A DNA stretch of 64,000 nucleotides from positions 114,581 to 178,580 of the forward strand of contig ATMD01000001.1 in the NCBI GenBank assembly GCA_001856825.1, given 5' to 3'. Shown one piece after another: positions 1 to 11,186 of the stretch (position 1 is the stretch's first letter; each line of letters begins with the position of its first letter). The stretch is from Thermoplasmatales archaeon I-plasma. Lineage in GTDB: Archaea; Thermoplasmatota; Thermoplasmata; Thermoplasmatales; GCA-001856825. A program made the translations under genes and the position numbers. The notes beneath the pieces were generated by a model. The model was not told the origin of the DNA. It saw only the letters and a program-made list of their open reading frames with translations, and did not search any database.

Positions 1-142
1 GGCGTGGTGCTCACGAACATGAACAACCCCTGGCAGGCGCTGGTAATTTTCTACATTCCATCAAACTCGCCACAAACGTATTTAATCTACTGAAGTGCTA
101 GGCCGGTGCTGTGTTATTCAGACCGGATGACTGCTACCTACC

Positions 143-151
143 ATTTTAATA
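143..151 (+). promoter_or_regulatory. TATA-box-like element for the 172-1608 gene
   Basis: ATTTTAATA is centred ~25 nt upstream of the ATG at 172. This is the spacing expected for an archaeal leaderless transcript. Confidence 0.35.
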
Positions 152-171
152 GGAAGTGATATTTCACCAAT

Positions 172-1608
172 ATGGTTGAGTATGACGTAATAGTTGCAGG
201 AGCAGGAGTATCTGGTGCCACGGCTGCAGCTATGGCGGGGAAGCTTGGAAAGAAAGTATTGCTCATAGACAGGAATTCTGAAATGGAGCCAGGAAAGAAG
301 ACAGTCTGGGGCTGGGTCTGTGGCGATGCAGTTGCAAAATCTCACATCACGTACGTTCAAAAGAATCTGGGCAACACGTTCAGCAGTGAAGCCCTCGGGC
401 TTGCTGTTGATGGTGTGGTTGCCCTATCGCCAGATCTCGGTTACAAGCTGCCATTCGATGGGGAAGGGTACAGCCTGGAGAGGCCCCTATTTGGGAAGGC
501 ACTTTTCGACGAGGCTATAAAGAACGGTGCTGAGTTCAAGGGAAAGTTCAGCGTAGAAGGACCTATAATCGAGGACAACAAGGTAAGAGGGGTATTCGGC
601 AAGAATGAGAAGGGGGAGGAAGAGAAAATCAGGGGAAAGGTTACTATAGATGCACTGGGAATAGCTTCCCTCCTCAGAAGGAAACTGCCCGAGAATCCTT
701 ACATTGACAAGGAAATCGACTATGAGGACCTGGAGCTGACTGGCAGGTTCATATACAAGACAGAAGACTCGTTTGATGATCCAAAGTATTACGACAAGAA
801 GAACGCTCTCATACACCTTAACCAGCAGATGGCTCCCGGAGGGTACGGATGGGTCTTCCCCAAGACTGAAGGGAGGGTCAACGTGGGGCTAGGAGTGCAG
901 CACAAGAGCCTGGAACTCAGGAACAAGAAATTCGGTGCAAATGACAACCTGAAGTCGCTGATAGAGAAGTACGTGAAATGGAATCCGCTTTTCAAGAATT
1001 ATAAACTGGATAATACCAGCAGGAATGGCGAAGGTTACTGGAGCGTTAGCGTCAGGAGACAGATGGAGGGGATGGTATACCCGGGATACATAGGTGTGGG
1101 CGATTCAATGGCATCTGCAAATCCTTTGAGTGCGGGAGGGATAGGACCGGCATTGATTGGCGGTATTCTTGCAGGTAGGGCAGCCTCTAAGGCAGTTGAA
1201 TCAGGTGATACAAGCCTGGAGGGGCTGTGGGACTACAACCTGGATTACGTTAAGCAGTACGGCAAGAGCATGGCAGGAATGGAGGTGTTCAGGATATTCC
1301 TACAATCCATGAACAACCAGGACATAGATTACGGTATGAAGAGCTTCATAACTTACGAGGAGGCAGTGGAAATAACGTACGGCAGGATACCAGAATTGTC
1401 ACTGACAAAGAAGGTCAGCAAACTTGTGAGGGGCGTTGGTGCCCTAAGAACATTCAAGGACTTGGTATGGACAACGCAGAAGATGAAGGAGCTAAATGCA
1501 ATTTATGCTGATTACCCAAGGTCTCCAAAGGAGTTCCCAGAGTTCAAGAAGAAGGTGGTCTCAATTATAAATGAGGCTAAGTCGAGGATGCCTTCTTCCC
1601 CCGTGTGA
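172..1608 (+). CDS. FAD-dependent oxidoreductase, geranylgeranyl reductase family
   Basis: 478-aa ORF. N-terminal dinucleotide-binding motif DVIVAGAGVSGATAA...LLIDR. Later VGDSMASANPLSAGGIG, typical of GGR/FixC-type flavoproteins. Confidence 0.75.
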   Translation: MVEYDVIVAGAGVSGATAAAMAGKLGKKVLLIDRNSEMEPGKKTVWGWVCGDAVAKSHITYVQKNLGNTFSSEALGLAVDGVVALSPDLGYKLPFDGEGYSLERPLFGKALFDEAIKNGAEFKGKFSVEGPIIEDNKVRGVFGKNEKGEEEKIRGKVTIDALGIASLLRRKLPENPYIDKEIDYEDLELTGRFIYKTEDSFDDPKYYDKKNALIHLNQQMAPGGYGWVFPKTEGRVNVGLGVQHKSLELRNKKFGANDNLKSLIEKYVKWNPLFKNYKLDNTSRNGEGYWSVSVRRQMEGMVYPGYIGVGDSMASANPLSAGGIGPALIGGILAGRAASKAVESGDTSLEGLWDYNLDYVKQYGKSMAGMEVFRIFLQSMNNQDIDYGMKSFITYEEAVEITYGRIPELSLTKKVSKLVRGVGALRTFKDLVWTTQKMKELNAIYADYPRSPKEFPEFKKKVVSIINEAKSRMPSSPV

Positions 1609-1626
1609 TTAAGGGCAGTTGAAACT

Positions 1627-2097
1627 TCACCTCTTAACCGAGTGTTTCAGCAGGCTCCCTTCCTTCACCTTCGATTTGCAGTATTCATAGAGTGCATCGT
1701 ACAGCGGGAACTGCATCCTCATATTCTCGAAGTCGTCTTTAGCAATGAGGTTGAATCCTGTTGCTGCAGCCTCAAGTCCGGCAGACTCAGGCGGTGCATC
1801 CGGAATAGAGGCATCAGCCCCCCTTACTATTTTTGCAAGTTCAAGGAGCGCATCATCTCTCAGTTTATATTTCCGTATGATTGAATCGAAGGTGACAAAT
1901 TCATAATCCCCCTCCTTGTAATGGAAGAGTTCTGCTCCCGGTGTGTCGAACGGTATGGCACCTGTTCTCTTGGCTTCCTCAATTACCCTGTCTCTTGGTA
2001 CGAATAAAAAAACTGCATCAGGATCGACAAACTTCCTAATGAGCCAGGGGCATGCAATCCTGTCGACCCTTGCCTTCTCTCTTGTGATCCACTTCAT
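1627..2097 (-). CDS. ChrB C-terminal-domain-like (chromate resistance family) protein
   Basis: ORF 1627-2187. The conserved block begins at an internal Met (MKWITREKARVDRIACPWLIRKFVDPDAVFLFV) and resembles the Chrome_Resist signature W.TR...DRiA..WLIrrFiDp.A.F. The 30 upstream codons look non-coding, so I place the start at 2097. Confidence 0.6.
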   Translation of the reverse strand: MKWITREKARVDRIACPWLIRKFVDPDAVFLFVPRDRVIEEAKRTGAIPFDTPGAELFHYKEGDYEFVTFDSIIRKYKLRDDALLELAKIVRGADASIPDAPPESAGLEAAATGFNLIAKDDFENMRMQFPLYDALYEYCKSKVKEGSLLKHSVKR

Positions 2098-2258
2098 ATA
2101 TTTTTGAATGTCACGGTGATATAATAGATTATATGGAAAGAGAAGAGGCATAACCAGTAGCGGCAGTCTATTGGACATTTGAGGCAATTATATGTGGGCA
2201 GGCAGGCCCAAAGAATAGTAGCTGAATAGTATATGAAACAGCTTATAAGCTGGGCTTT

Positions 2259-3734
2259 ATGTGGGGAGCAATGAATTCAAGTCCACCTGTTGCACACAGT
2301 GGCAAAGAAAATCTGATCCTCTCAGTCATCGTCATAGGGTCGTTGATGGCATCCATAGACTCGACAATAGTTCTGCTGGCATTCCCCGCCATCACATCAG
2401 CGCTCCATTCCACCATATCAACAGTAATCTGGGTCATACTGATCTACATGATAGTAACTGCAGTTTTCTCCACCCAGTTCGGTAGAATAGGGGACATATA
2501 TGGCAGGGCAAGGACTTTCAACCTCGGGTTTGCAGTTTTCACGATATCATCATTTCTCTGCGGTGTGGCGCCAACTGACGTCATACTCATAATTTTCAGG
2601 GCTATTCAGGCTGTTGGGGGAGCGTTAATATCTTCTAACAGCGGTGCGATCATAGCAGACACCTTCCCTAGAAACAAGATAGGAAGGGCCTACGGATTCA
2701 CGTCAATGAGCTGGAATATAGGGGCACTTCTGGGGATATTGCTGGGAGGATTCATAACCACATTCATAGGGTACAGGTACATATTCTTCATAAATGTCCC
2801 GATAGGAATTCTTGCAACAATTCTCGGTCTTAGGTACATAGAGGACAACGCCAGGGTGAAGGAGGTTCTTGACATCCCCGGCATGGCTCTTCTCGGGATA
2901 GCCGTTGCACTGGTCTCCTATTCTGGAATAGACTATGCATCTTCAGGTTTCAGGCCGTTGAATGAAGTGACGCTTGTCGTTGGAATAATAGCTGCAATCG
3001 CGTTCCTGCTGGTTGAGAAGAAGGTCAAGGTACCCACCATAAACTTCTCAATGTTTAGGAACAAGATTTTCAAGAACTCCCTCCTAGCTTCCCTGTTCCA
3101 GGGGCTCGGATACATGGGTGTCACATTCCTGCTTATTATGTACCTGCAGGGTGTAAGGGGTTTCTCCCCTTACTTTGCTTCCCTTATACTCCTTCCTGCC
3201 TACCTGCTGAGCGGTATCCTTGCTCCTTTCATGGGTAGACTTTCCGACAAGCACGGCTCAATGGTCATTGCTACTTCAGGCATAACTCTGATGTCTGTAG
3301 GAGTTTTGCTCTACATATTGCTGCTAAGGACGAATTCATCTGTGTACCTTGTAATGTTAGGGTCAATAATCATGGGAATAGGCGGGGCGTTCTTCTGGCC
3401 TTCCAACCTAAGCGCTATAATGGCCAATGTCGCTCCTGAGCAGAGGGGTGCAGCTTCAGGGACGGCAAGGCTCCTAGGCAGCATTGGAATAATTGGGAGT
3501 TTCATAATAGCATTTGTTGCTGCAGCATCGGCTGTCCCCAGATACCTTGCATTTGCCATATTTGCGGGTACTTCAAACGTAATAGGCGGCATCGGCAAGG
3601 GGTTCGTGAACGGGATACATTATTCATTCATCGTCCTGATAGCGATGCTCGTCATATCCGGAATTTTTTCAATAACAAGAGGTGTCGAAAACAGGCACGA
3701 AAGACTTTATTCAAACGGGAAGGAACCATCCTGA
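2259..3734 (+). CDS. MFS transporter, DHA2 (14-TMS drug:H+ antiporter)-like
   Basis: 491 aa, hydrophobic throughout with about 14 helices. MFS motif A-like FGRIGDIYGRAR after TM2. Confidence 0.75.
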   Translation: MWGAMNSSPPVAHSGKENLILSVIVIGSLMASIDSTIVLLAFPAITSALHSTISTVIWVILIYMIVTAVFSTQFGRIGDIYGRARTFNLGFAVFTISSFLCGVAPTDVILIIFRAIQAVGGALISSNSGAIIADTFPRNKIGRAYGFTSMSWNIGALLGILLGGFITTFIGYRYIFFINVPIGILATILGLRYIEDNARVKEVLDIPGMALLGIAVALVSYSGIDYASSGFRPLNEVTLVVGIIAAIAFLLVEKKVKVPTINFSMFRNKIFKNSLLASLFQGLGYMGVTFLLIMYLQGVRGFSPYFASLILLPAYLLSGILAPFMGRLSDKHGSMVIATSGITLMSVGVLLYILLLRTNSSVYLVMLGSIIMGIGGAFFWPSNLSAIMANVAPEQRGAASGTARLLGSIGIIGSFIIAFVAAASAVPRYLAFAIFAGTSNVIGGIGKGFVNGIHYSFIVLIAMLVISGIFSITRGVENRHERLYSNGKEPS

Positions 3735-3804
3735 TGGATATCTGAACCCAAGTATCGCTACTGGTAGGCGCAGGAAGGGGAATGAAGCTTATAAAGAACA
3801 CCCT

Positions 3805-4746
3805 TCAGTGAATTATAACGAACAACAGATATGAGAGTAGCGTTCCTATTATCACGCCAGTGTTGAGGAAAGGAAGGCCCGGGGCAGGTTTCTTTACATT
3901 CCCCATTACAAGGTAGACCATTCCGACTATGCCTCCAACCAAAGGAAGAATCAGAAAGGGGACGAAGTGGCCTATCTTTATTCCATATATCGACGATGCC
4001 ACTACCATTATCCCAGGGAAAGCAACGTCACCAAATCCAAGTGCCATTACACTGTGCCCCTCAACCCCGTCTTCCGTAATCTGGATCTTACCCACTTCCT
4101 TGGAAAAATCAGTCGGAAATACGAAAAGCATCGGCAGGTCCTTGTCTATTGCAATCTTTGCAAGGTCTATCATGTGCTTTGTCTTATAGACGGATATGTA
4201 GTCATATATTGCGAATGCAGCAAGGAACACCGCAGCTGCCCATATACCAAGAATGAACCCAAGCACGAAAGCCATTCCAGACGTGAGGAAGAAGCCGGCT
4301 ATGTTGACAACGTACCACTTGTTGTTCAGTATGAGGGCAAGTACCATTATTACAGGTGCTGCTATAATGATAGCGTAATATTCATTGAGGGTATATGCAA
4401 TCACAAGTCCAAGGTAGTTCCAGATGTAGAAGACCATCAGGCCTATGACTGCTATGAACAGCCACTTGAGAAAATTCAGCCTGAATCTTCTAGCGAGCAG
4501 TATCAGAAGGACAGAAAATACAATCGCAGCAACAAGATAGTAAGCAACGTACCCAAACCCAGAAGTAGTGGTGCTCGCAGAAGTAGATGGCTCCACCTGA
4601 AGAGCTATACTTGCCAGATATACTGCGAAAATGGATGACAGTATGAACAGTATCAGGCTTGTGACCTGAGCAGATGGGAACTCTCGCTTCTCAGCCATTT
4701 CTTTTTCATTTCTCCCATAATTATTGAAAACTGTTATAGAGTTCAC
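3805..4746 (-). CDS. Presenilin/signal-peptide-peptidase-like GxGD intramembrane aspartyl protease
   Basis: Polytopic 313-aa ORF. It has the YD motif (FAIYDYISVY), the GxGD motif (MALGFGDVAFPG) and a C-terminal PAL-like PAPGLPFLNTG. Alternative start at Met17 (4698). Confidence 0.8.
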   Translation of the reverse strand: MNSITVFNNYGRNEKEMAEKREFPSAQVTSLILFILSSIFAVYLASIALQVEPSTSASTTTSGFGYVAYYLVAAIVFSVLLILLARRFRLNFLKWLFIAVIGLMVFYIWNYLGLVIAYTLNEYYAIIIAAPVIMVLALILNNKWYVVNIAGFFLTSGMAFVLGFILGIWAAAVFLAAFAIYDYISVYKTKHMIDLAKIAIDKDLPMLFVFPTDFSKEVGKIQITEDGVEGHSVMALGFGDVAFPGIMVVASSIYGIKIGHFVPFLILPLVGGIVGMVYLVMGNVKKPAPGLPFLNTGVIIGTLLSYLLFVIIH

Positions 4747-4851
4747 GATAAATGCTTTCCTATGACTATTAATAATGCGGGATTAGCAGATGATCTGTAC
4801 AGCAATATTGCAGACGCAGTCACGAGAAATTGATATACTTCCGTTACACTA

Positions 4852-5412
4852 ATGCCAATCATGCCTGTGAAGAAAATGGCAGGAAATCCCGGCAATCCGG
4901 AAATAAGGCAGCTCAATGCAAGTGGTCCATTCTCACCCCTTAAAAACAAGCTCATGCTATTTGGCCAGTTCGTAGGAGATTGGGACATAGTTGAAGCAAG
5001 GAGTCTTCAGGAGGATGGTTCATGGTTAGTTTCAAAGGGAGAATACCACTCCGGATGGATCCTTGGAGGGACTGCCATACAGGACGTTTGGAAGTCCAAT
5101 GACGATGGTATTGTAGATACAGGTGGAACGACCATCCACGTCTACGATCCCGACGCAGATTCATGGAATAGCATATGGATTTCACCCAACCAGGGAATAA
5201 TTAGAAGTTTCACAGGCAGGGAGAAAGGAAAGGAAATTGAACTTGAGTCCAGGGAGACCAGTCGGAAGCTCATGAGATGGATTTTCTATGACATTACCAG
5301 AGACTCTTTCAGGTGCAGATCAGAGAGCACCAATGACGCATGGAAAAGCTGGATAATCACGGAAGAGATTCTTCTTAAGAGGCAGAAACGCAGAGGAAGG
5401 AAGAAGCATTGA
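4852..5412 (+). CDS. Hypothetical protein (DUF1579/lipocalin-like pattern)
   Basis: 186-aa ORF. The beta-rich pattern FVGDWDIVEAR...GEYHSGWILGGTAIQDVW...YDPDADSWNSIWISP and a basic tail KRQKRRGRKKH are present. The family call is tentative. Confidence 0.45.
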   Translation: MPIMPVKKMAGNPGNPEIRQLNASGPFSPLKNKLMLFGQFVGDWDIVEARSLQEDGSWLVSKGEYHSGWILGGTAIQDVWKSNDDGIVDTGGTTIHVYDPDADSWNSIWISPNQGIIRSFTGREKGKEIELESRETSRKLMRWIFYDITRDSFRCRSESTNDAWKSWIITEEILLKRQKRRGRKKH

Positions 5413-5618
5413 TTGTATAATTTTCTGAAAAATGTAAAATCGTAGGGAGAACTATCGTCAATTTAACTGCTTATTCACTGGAAAGCAAATTGCGTTATGG
5501 AAAAATAGGGGGCTCCCAGCAGTCCTAGGCCCAATAAATCTATGCCCTAATTATCAATATTACCTTTGGGATGGCCTATTTCGTGAGGATTTTTAGTACA
5601 CAACCAATCGATGATAAC

Positions 5619-5628
5619 ATTATTATAG
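5619..5628 (+). promoter_or_regulatory. TATA-box-like element upstream of grpE
   Basis: ATTATTATAG is centred ~24 nt before the GTG start at 5648. Confidence 0.3.
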
Positions 5629-5647
5629 AAGTGCTAAATAAGGGAAA

Positions 5648-6130
5648 GTGCCAAATGTCTCCTACTATCGGTCTCTAAAGCATTCCCTATCAGAGTGTTC
5701 AGAAAGAGTCAAGGTGCTGGAGGAAAACATAGCTGAAAAGGAGAAGACGATCCAGGAAATGAAGGAACAAAACCTGAGGTTTTCCGCGGACCTCGACAAC
5801 TTCCAGAAGAGGATCAGCGAGGAGTCAATGAAGCTCTCGAAGTACGCATCTGAGAGGATCATCAGGGAGCTATTGCCTGTCCTTGACAGTCTTGAAAACG
5901 TCAAGGACGAAGGAACTCTTGCAATAAAGAGACAGATCGAGCAAATACTTCAGAAGGAGGGACTGGTTGCAATTGACGACAACAGCAAGTTTGATCCTAA
6001 CAGGCATGAAGCGATAGGGGTTGAAGATGGTGGTGAGGCAAACACCATCAAGAAAGTAGTGAGAAGAGGATATGCAATTGGAGACAGAGTGATAAGGCCA
6101 GAATTAGTAATTCTCAACAGAGGTGATTAA
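5648..6130 (+). CDS. grpE: Nucleotide exchange factor GrpE
   Basis: 160 aa with a GTG start. Coiled-coil N-terminus followed by the GrpE C-terminal signature [10 protein letters not shown]...[16 protein letters not shown]. It lies directly upstream of dnaK. Confidence 0.9.
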   Translation: MPNVSYYRSLKHSLSECSERVKVLEENIAEKEKTIQEMKEQNLRFSADLDNFQKRISEESMKLSKYASERIIRELLPVLDSLENVKDEGTLAIKRQIEQILQKEGLVAIDDNSKFDPNRHEAIGVEDGGEANTIKKVVRRGYAIGDRVIRPELVILNRGD

Positions 6131-6131
6131 A

Positions 6132-7979
6132 ATGGAAAAAATATTAGGTATAGATCTAGGGACAAGCAATTCGCAGGCAGCAGTGATGATAGCTGGCAAG
6201 CCGGTAGTGCTACCGAGCTCAGAAGGTACGACGCTTGGGGGGAAAGCATTCCCAAGCTACGTAGCATTTACGAAGAATGGGGAGCTGCTGGTTGGGGAGC
6301 CCGCAAGAAGGCAGGCGCTTACCAATCCGGAGGGGACAGTATATGCATTCAAGAGAAGAATGGGGGAAGATTACAAGTTCAAGATAAGGGGGAAGGAGTA
6401 CACACCCCAGCAGCTTTCAGCTTTCCTCCTGCAGAAGATAAAGGACGATGCTGAAAAATACCTGGGGGAGAAGATCAGTAAGGCAGTCATTACCGTCCCG
6501 GCTTATTTCAACGATAACCAGAGGCAGGCCACAAAGGATGCCGGGGCAATAGCAGGACTAGAAGTTGTGAGGATAATCAATGAACCGACAGCAGCAGCGC
6601 TTGCATATGGACTTGACAAGACGGAAGGTGAACACAGGATCATGGTATTCGACCTGGGCGGAGGAACACTCGATGTAACGATAATGGAATTCAGTTCAGG
6701 CGTATATGAAGTGCTTTCCACATCTGGCGACACGAAGCTTGGCGGAACAGACATGGATGAGGCTGTCATAAACTATCTTGCAACAAAGTTCCAGCAGGAA
6801 AACGGAATAGATCTGAGGAAGGACAAGAATTCTTATATCAGGCTGAAGGACGCTGCGGAGAAGGCCAAGATTGAGCTTTCTACCTCCCTTTCAACTGAGG
6901 TAAACCTTCCTTACATAACGAGCGGAGCAGACGGTCCAAAGCATCTGCTGATATCCATGACAAGGGCAGATTTGGAGAACCTTGTGAGGCCGATCATCGA
7001 AAGGTCTAGGAAGCCCATTGAGGAGGCCCTTAAGGGGGCAAAACTGTCAGCCTCCGACATAAGCAAGGTTATATTGGTGGGAGGTCCCACCAGGATGCCA
7101 ATTGTCAAGAAATTCGTAGAGGACATACTGGGCAAGAAGGTGGAAAGCGGTGTGGACCCAATGGAGTGTGTCGCAATAGGTGCTTCCATACAGGGGGCAG
7201 TCCTAGCAGGAGAGGTCAAGGGAATAGTTCTTTTGGACGTGACACCCCTTACGCTAAGCATAGAGACACTAGGAGGAGTGGCCACTCCACTTATAAGTGC
7301 AAATACAACAATCCCAACAAAGAAATCTCAAATATTTTCAACAGCCGCAGACAACCAAACGGCAGTTGAGATAGTTGTAGTGCAGGGGGAGAGACCTCTG
7401 GCTAAGGACAACACATCCCTCGGCAGGTTCATGCTTGAGGGAATACCTCCAGCACCGAGGGGGATGCCACAGATTGAGGTCACGTTCGATATAGATTCCA
7501 ATGGAATACTCAATGTAACTGCAAAGGACCTGGCAACAAACAAGCAACGTGGTATCACGATAACATCAAGCACAAAGCTCAGCAAGGAAGAGATCAACAG
7601 GATGAAGGAAGAAGCAAAGAAGTACGAAGAGGAAGACAAGAAGAAAAAGGAAGAGATCGAAACTATAAACAATGCAGAAAGTCTTTCATACTCAACTGAA
7701 AAGACACTTGCAGACTATGGTGACAAGATTCCACAGGATATCAAAGATAACATAAACGGTAAGCTGAAGGACCTGAAGGACGAGATACAGAAGAAGGACG
7801 TACAGGCAATAAAGGAAAAGATGGACATACTGACGAAGGAGATACAGAAGATTGGTGAATACATGTACAAGAACGTGAAGGCAGACGAGCAGCAATCACA
7901 ACAACAGGGTGAAGCGTCCTCTACGCCCAACCAAGGTGAGACGGAAATTCACGAAGATAAAGAAAATAAGGGTCAATGA
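6132..7979 (+). CDS. dnaK: Hsp70 chaperone DnaK
   Basis: Hsp70 signatures [20 protein letters not shown] and [11 protein letters not shown]. The ATG at 6132 gives the canonical [11 protein letters not shown]-terminus, whereas the ORF track begins at GTG 6123 inside the grpE stop region. Confidence 0.97.
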   Translation: MEKILGIDLGTSNSQAAVMIAGKPVVLPSSEGTTLGGKAFPSYVAFTKNGELLVGEPARRQALTNPEGTVYAFKRRMGEDYKFKIRGKEYTPQQLSAFLLQKIKDDAEKYLGEKISKAVITVPAYFNDNQRQATKDAGAIAGLEVVRIINEPTAAALAYGLDKTEGEHRIMVFDLGGGTLDVTIMEFSSGVYEVLSTSGDTKLGGTDMDEAVINYLATKFQQENGIDLRKDKNSYIRLKDAAEKAKIELSTSLSTEVNLPYITSGADGPKHLLISMTRADLENLVRPIIERSRKPIEEALKGAKLSASDISKVILVGGPTRMPIVKKFVEDILGKKVESGVDPMECVAIGASIQGAVLAGEVKGIVLLDVTPLTLSIETLGGVATPLISANTTIPTKKSQIFSTAADNQTAVEIVVVQGERPLAKDNTSLGRFMLEGIPPAPRGMPQIEVTFDIDSNGILNVTAKDLATNKQRGITITSSTKLSKEEINRMKEEAKKYEEEDKKKKEEIETINNAESLSYSTEKTLADYGDKIPQDIKDNINGKLKDLKDEIQKKDVQAIKEKMDILTKEIQKIGEYMYKNVKADEQQSQQQGEASSTPNQGETEIHEDKENKGQ

Positions 7980-7992
7980 ACTTCTGATCTGA

Positions 7993-9093
7993 ATGGGTAA
8001 GGATTACTACGCGGTACTGGGAGTGGACAGGAAGGCATCCAAGGATGACATCAAGAAGGCTTACAGGGAGTTAGCTAAAAAATACCACCCGGATCTAAAC
8101 CCCCAGAACAAGAAGGAAGCGGAAGAAAAATTCAAGGAAATCAGCGAAGCGTACGAAGTCCTCATGGACGACCAGAAGAGGGCGAGGTTCGACCAGTACG
8201 GCGAAGAGGGGGTTAAGTTCCAGGGTGGATTTGACTGGAACCAGTTCCATCATTACCAGGACATCCAGGACATATTCGGTGACCTGTTCTCCCAATTTGG
8301 ATTCGGAGGGGGATTTGGCAACCCATTCGGAGGCTTCTCAAGCCAGCAGAGGGAACTGAGGGGCTCTGACGCGTATGTGGAAATACCCATAGACATAAGG
8401 AGAATAGCTAGGAACGAGAGGATCGAGGTATACTACTTCAGGGAGATGAAGTGCGAGGAGTGCGACGGTACTGGCTCAGCTACAAAGAAACTTCTGACCT
8501 GCCCTACTTGCAGGGGGAGGGGGTACGTCGAAAGGTCGTCCAACCAGGGGTTCATCCTCTTCAGGACGACTGAGGTATGCAGGACCTGCAACGGAAGGGG
8601 AAAGGTACCGGAAAAGGTGTGCCATGTATGTTCAGGTTCCGGGTTTGTAAGGAAGAAGGACAAGATAGAAATCACGCCTCCAGCGGGCATTAATGAGGAT
8701 GAGATATACATCCTCAGGGGAAAGGGGAATTTCAGGCCAGGTGGATCTGGTGACCTGAGAATCAAGTTTGACATAGACTACATGGAATTCAGGAGAGAGG
8801 GCGATAACCTGGAGAAGGACATTGATGTTGATTTCATCGATGCAATTATCGGCGGGAAAGTGAAGGTGTCACTCCTTCGTGGGGAAAAGGAAATAGACAT
8901 TCCATCAGGAACACAACCTGGTGAAAGGATCGTGCTAAAGGGCGAAGGAATACAGAAGAAGAGTGGCAAAGGGAATGCGGACGTTATACTTCGTGCAAGG
9001 GTACAGCTACCGAAGAAGATATCGAAGAAACAGCGGGAACTCCTTGAACAGTTCAGGAATGAGAAAGGCTTCTTCTCTCAATTTCACTTGTGA
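7993..9093 (+). CDS. dnaJ: Hsp40 co-chaperone DnaJ (type I)
   Basis: J domain with HPD (KKYHPDLN), a G/F-rich linker, and four CxxCxGxG repeats ([32 protein letters not shown]). Confidence 0.95.
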   Translation: MGKDYYAVLGVDRKASKDDIKKAYRELAKKYHPDLNPQNKKEAEEKFKEISEAYEVLMDDQKRARFDQYGEEGVKFQGGFDWNQFHHYQDIQDIFGDLFSQFGFGGGFGNPFGGFSSQQRELRGSDAYVEIPIDIRRIARNERIEVYYFREMKCEECDGTGSATKKLLTCPTCRGRGYVERSSNQGFILFRTTEVCRTCNGRGKVPEKVCHVCSGSGFVRKKDKIEITPPAGINEDEIYILRGKGNFRPGGSGDLRIKFDIDYMEFRREGDNLEKDIDVDFIDAIIGGKVKVSLLRGEKEIDIPSGTQPGERIVLKGEGIQKKSGKGNADVILRARVQLPKKISKKQRELLEQFRNEKGFFSQFHL

Positions 9094-9782
9094 AGGGAGA
9101 AGTACATCCTCTTGTTGTTTTTCCCCTTGTTCTCCGTCTTGTAAATGTCAATGGTCCCCACTTCTGAAGTATTCTTCACGTGGGTACCACCGTCTGGCTG
9201 CATGTCTATTTCTCCAATCTTCACAACCCTTAGCATTTCTGATGACGGAAGCAGCCTTGGGTCTACCTTGAGTGCACCTTCCACGTTCAGTATTTCTTCC
9301 CTCTTCATTGAAAGCACAGTGACTTCTTGATTCTTGAGCAGTTCTTCATTCACCCTGTCCTGCAACAATTTTGATATGTTGTTGTTCCAGTCCTTGAAGT
9401 TGAAGTCTATCCTTGAATATTCCTGGCTGATCTGGTTCCCAGTTATCATCGCGCCAAATTCTCTCATTGCAATGGAGGAAACTACGTGAATCGCAGTATG
9501 ATGCCTCATGTGCTTGTACCTCCTTTCCCAGTCTATCTTCAACCTGACCTTCTCCCCTATTGACGGGTGGGGATCGGTAATGTGCACTATTTCTTCCCTC
9601 TTTGCCACATCCTTTACCACGTACTCTCTCCCCCCTTCAATAACTCCTAGATCTGATGGCTGACCACCTGCAGCCGCATAGAAAATAGTCCTGTCAAGTA
9701 CCACTCCCTCCCCAACTTCTACCACCTCAGCATCCATTTCCTTAATATATGAGTCTTCCAGATACACTTGAACGGTCTTCAT
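9084..9782 (-). CDS. AlaX-like tRNA editing-domain protein (COG2872-type), paralog 1
   Basis: HxxxH motif (HHTAIHVV) and a second metal motif reading DGGTHV (Asp where AlaX has Cys). The ATG at 9782 gives [10 protein letters not shown]. The ORF-track TTG start at 9788 overlaps the upstream stop codon. Confidence 0.7.
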   Translation of the reverse strand: MKTVQVYLEDSYIKEMDAEVVEVGEGVVLDRTIFYAAAGGQPSDLGVIEGGREYVVKDVAKREEIVHITDPHPSIGEKVRLKIDWERRYKHMRHHTAIHVVSSIAMREFGAMITGNQISQEYSRIDFNFKDWNNNISKLLQDRVNEELLKNQEVTVLSMKREEILNVEGALKVDPRLLPSSEMLRVVKIGEIDMQPDGGTHVKNTSEVGTIDIYKTENKGKNNKRMYFSLHK

Positions 9783-9784
9783 TT

Positions 9785-10681
9785 TCAAACACCAATGAAC
9801 GGTATCAGTAATGAGAAGATAGCGATAAATACAAAAAATATTCCTATGAAAATGTTTGTTGAAACGAAGAGTTTCATTATCCTTCTTTCCGGATCTGCAA
9901 GTGCCCTGAGGTACGAAACCAGCAAAGATATTCCAAGCAGCAGGTAAACTGCAAATACCAAAATCCCTACGTAAGAACTGAAGTAATCCCTGAATTCATA
10001 ACCAGTCAAGACCGTTACCAGCACCGCTAGAACTGCTATGGGAAAGAGGACTCTCATTGACTGTTTTGTCGTCCTCCTCACTGGGAGCATCGGAACTGAG
10101 GCAGCAGCATAGTCATCCTTGTACTTTATTGAAAGGGACCAAATATGAAGAGGTGTCCATATGAATATGGTGAGGAACATAAGAATCGCAACAATGTTGT
10201 AAGATGATGTGAAGGCGTAGAAACCAGCAAGCAATGGAGCTCCCCCAGAGTATGCTCCCAGAATGATGTTCCAGGAGGTCCTCTTCTTTGATATCAGGGA
10301 ATATATAATGGTATAATCGAATATTCCAGTTGCCATGAACACCAGGGACCAGAGGGACCTGAAAGCGGCAAGTATTAAGGTTGCGATAATGAGTATAGAT
10401 CCCCCATAAAGGGCAACACCAGGTTTCATCCTCCCAGAAGGAAGGGCTCTGTTCATTGTCCTCTTCATCTTCCTGTCAATGGATAGGTCGAAATAATTTG
10501 ACACAGATTCTGCTCCCATTAGCCCTAGTGCGATATACAATGCCACATAGAAGAACCCAATTACATTGAGGCTCCTCAGGATGCTGAGGGCGAATACTTC
10601 CCCTGCGATTCCTGTAATCAAGAGGAACACCCAAACCCTGGGTTTCGTCATGATTATGAAATCGACTATGGAGTTTCCCAT
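9785..10681 (-). CDS. ctaB: Protoheme IX farnesyltransferase (heme O synthase), UbiA family
   Basis: 298-aa polytopic protein with N-terminal MTKPRVWVFLLITGIAG and the UbiA Asp-rich motif NYFDLSIDRKMKRTMNRALPSG. Confidence 0.7.
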   Translation of the reverse strand: MGNSIVDFIIMTKPRVWVFLLITGIAGEVFALSILRSLNVIGFFYVALYIALGLMGAESVSNYFDLSIDRKMKRTMNRALPSGRMKPGVALYGGSILIIATLILAAFRSLWSLVFMATGIFDYTIIYSLISKKRTSWNIILGAYSGGAPLLAGFYAFTSSYNIVAILMFLTIFIWTPLHIWSLSIKYKDDYAAASVPMLPVRRTTKQSMRVLFPIAVLAVLVTVLTGYEFRDYFSSYVGILVFAVYLLLGISLLVSYLRALADPERRIMKLFVSTNIFIGIFFVFIAIFSLLIPFIGV

Positions 10682-10993
10682 TGTCAGGGTAGTATGGGAC
10701 GCTATAAATTAATGATGTTTTAGGTCGAACGAACCACCTAATGTCCCCTCAAATTAGAAAATCGGACGATCAAAAGTTTGCGATATGAGTCAGTCTATCG
10801 GTGGAAAGGTATTCAGGAATACAAAAGAAGAATTGACACGTTCTACGGGTTGGGAGACACCGCTGAATTGCCCCGATGCTAATAGCCATTATCTTCCATT
10901 CCAGTCAAAATTTGAACGCTCTAGATGACGCCAAAGAATATATAATGACGTTAGATGCAGATTAGTTCTCCTCCGCAAGGGGATTAAAAATGA

Positions 10994-11065
10994 GGGCTGG
11001 TAGATCAGCGGAAGATCGCCTCCTTGGCATGGAGGAGGCCCGGGGTTCAAATCCCCGCCAGTCCA
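10994..11065 (+). tRNA. tRNA-Ala (anticodon GGC)
   Basis: A 72-nt cloverleaf folded by hand: GGGCTGG/TA/GATC-AGCGGAA-GATC/G/CCTCC-TTGGCAT-GGAGG/AGGCC/CGGGG-TTCAAAT-CCCCG/CCAGTCC/A. The G3:U70 alanine identity pair is present. No CCA is encoded. Confidence 0.92.
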
Positions 11066-11186
11066 TTCTGGGCTATTACAGTTCGTTAAATCAATACTAT
11101 CCATAAATTCTTTGTCCAGGCCAATTCTAGAATTCTCGAAATTCAGTCACTTGCTGCTTATGTAAAATTATTGAGAAATTGCTCCA

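Noticed and set aside
1-93. Open frame from the window edge to a TGA at 91-93 (…NPWQALVIFYIPSNSPQTYLIY*)
   Set aside because: Only 30 codons are visible and no motif is present, so real coding cannot be distinguished from chance.
3967-4638. 223-aa plus-strand ORF
   Set aside because: It lies entirely antisense to the presenilin-like gene, which has strong motifs. Its Tyr/Cys/His/Lys-rich composition has no motif. It is a typical shadow ORF.
10889-11104. 71-aa minus-strand ORF
   Set aside because: It overlaps tRNA-Ala on the opposite strand. The ORF is an artefact of the GC-rich tRNA sequence.
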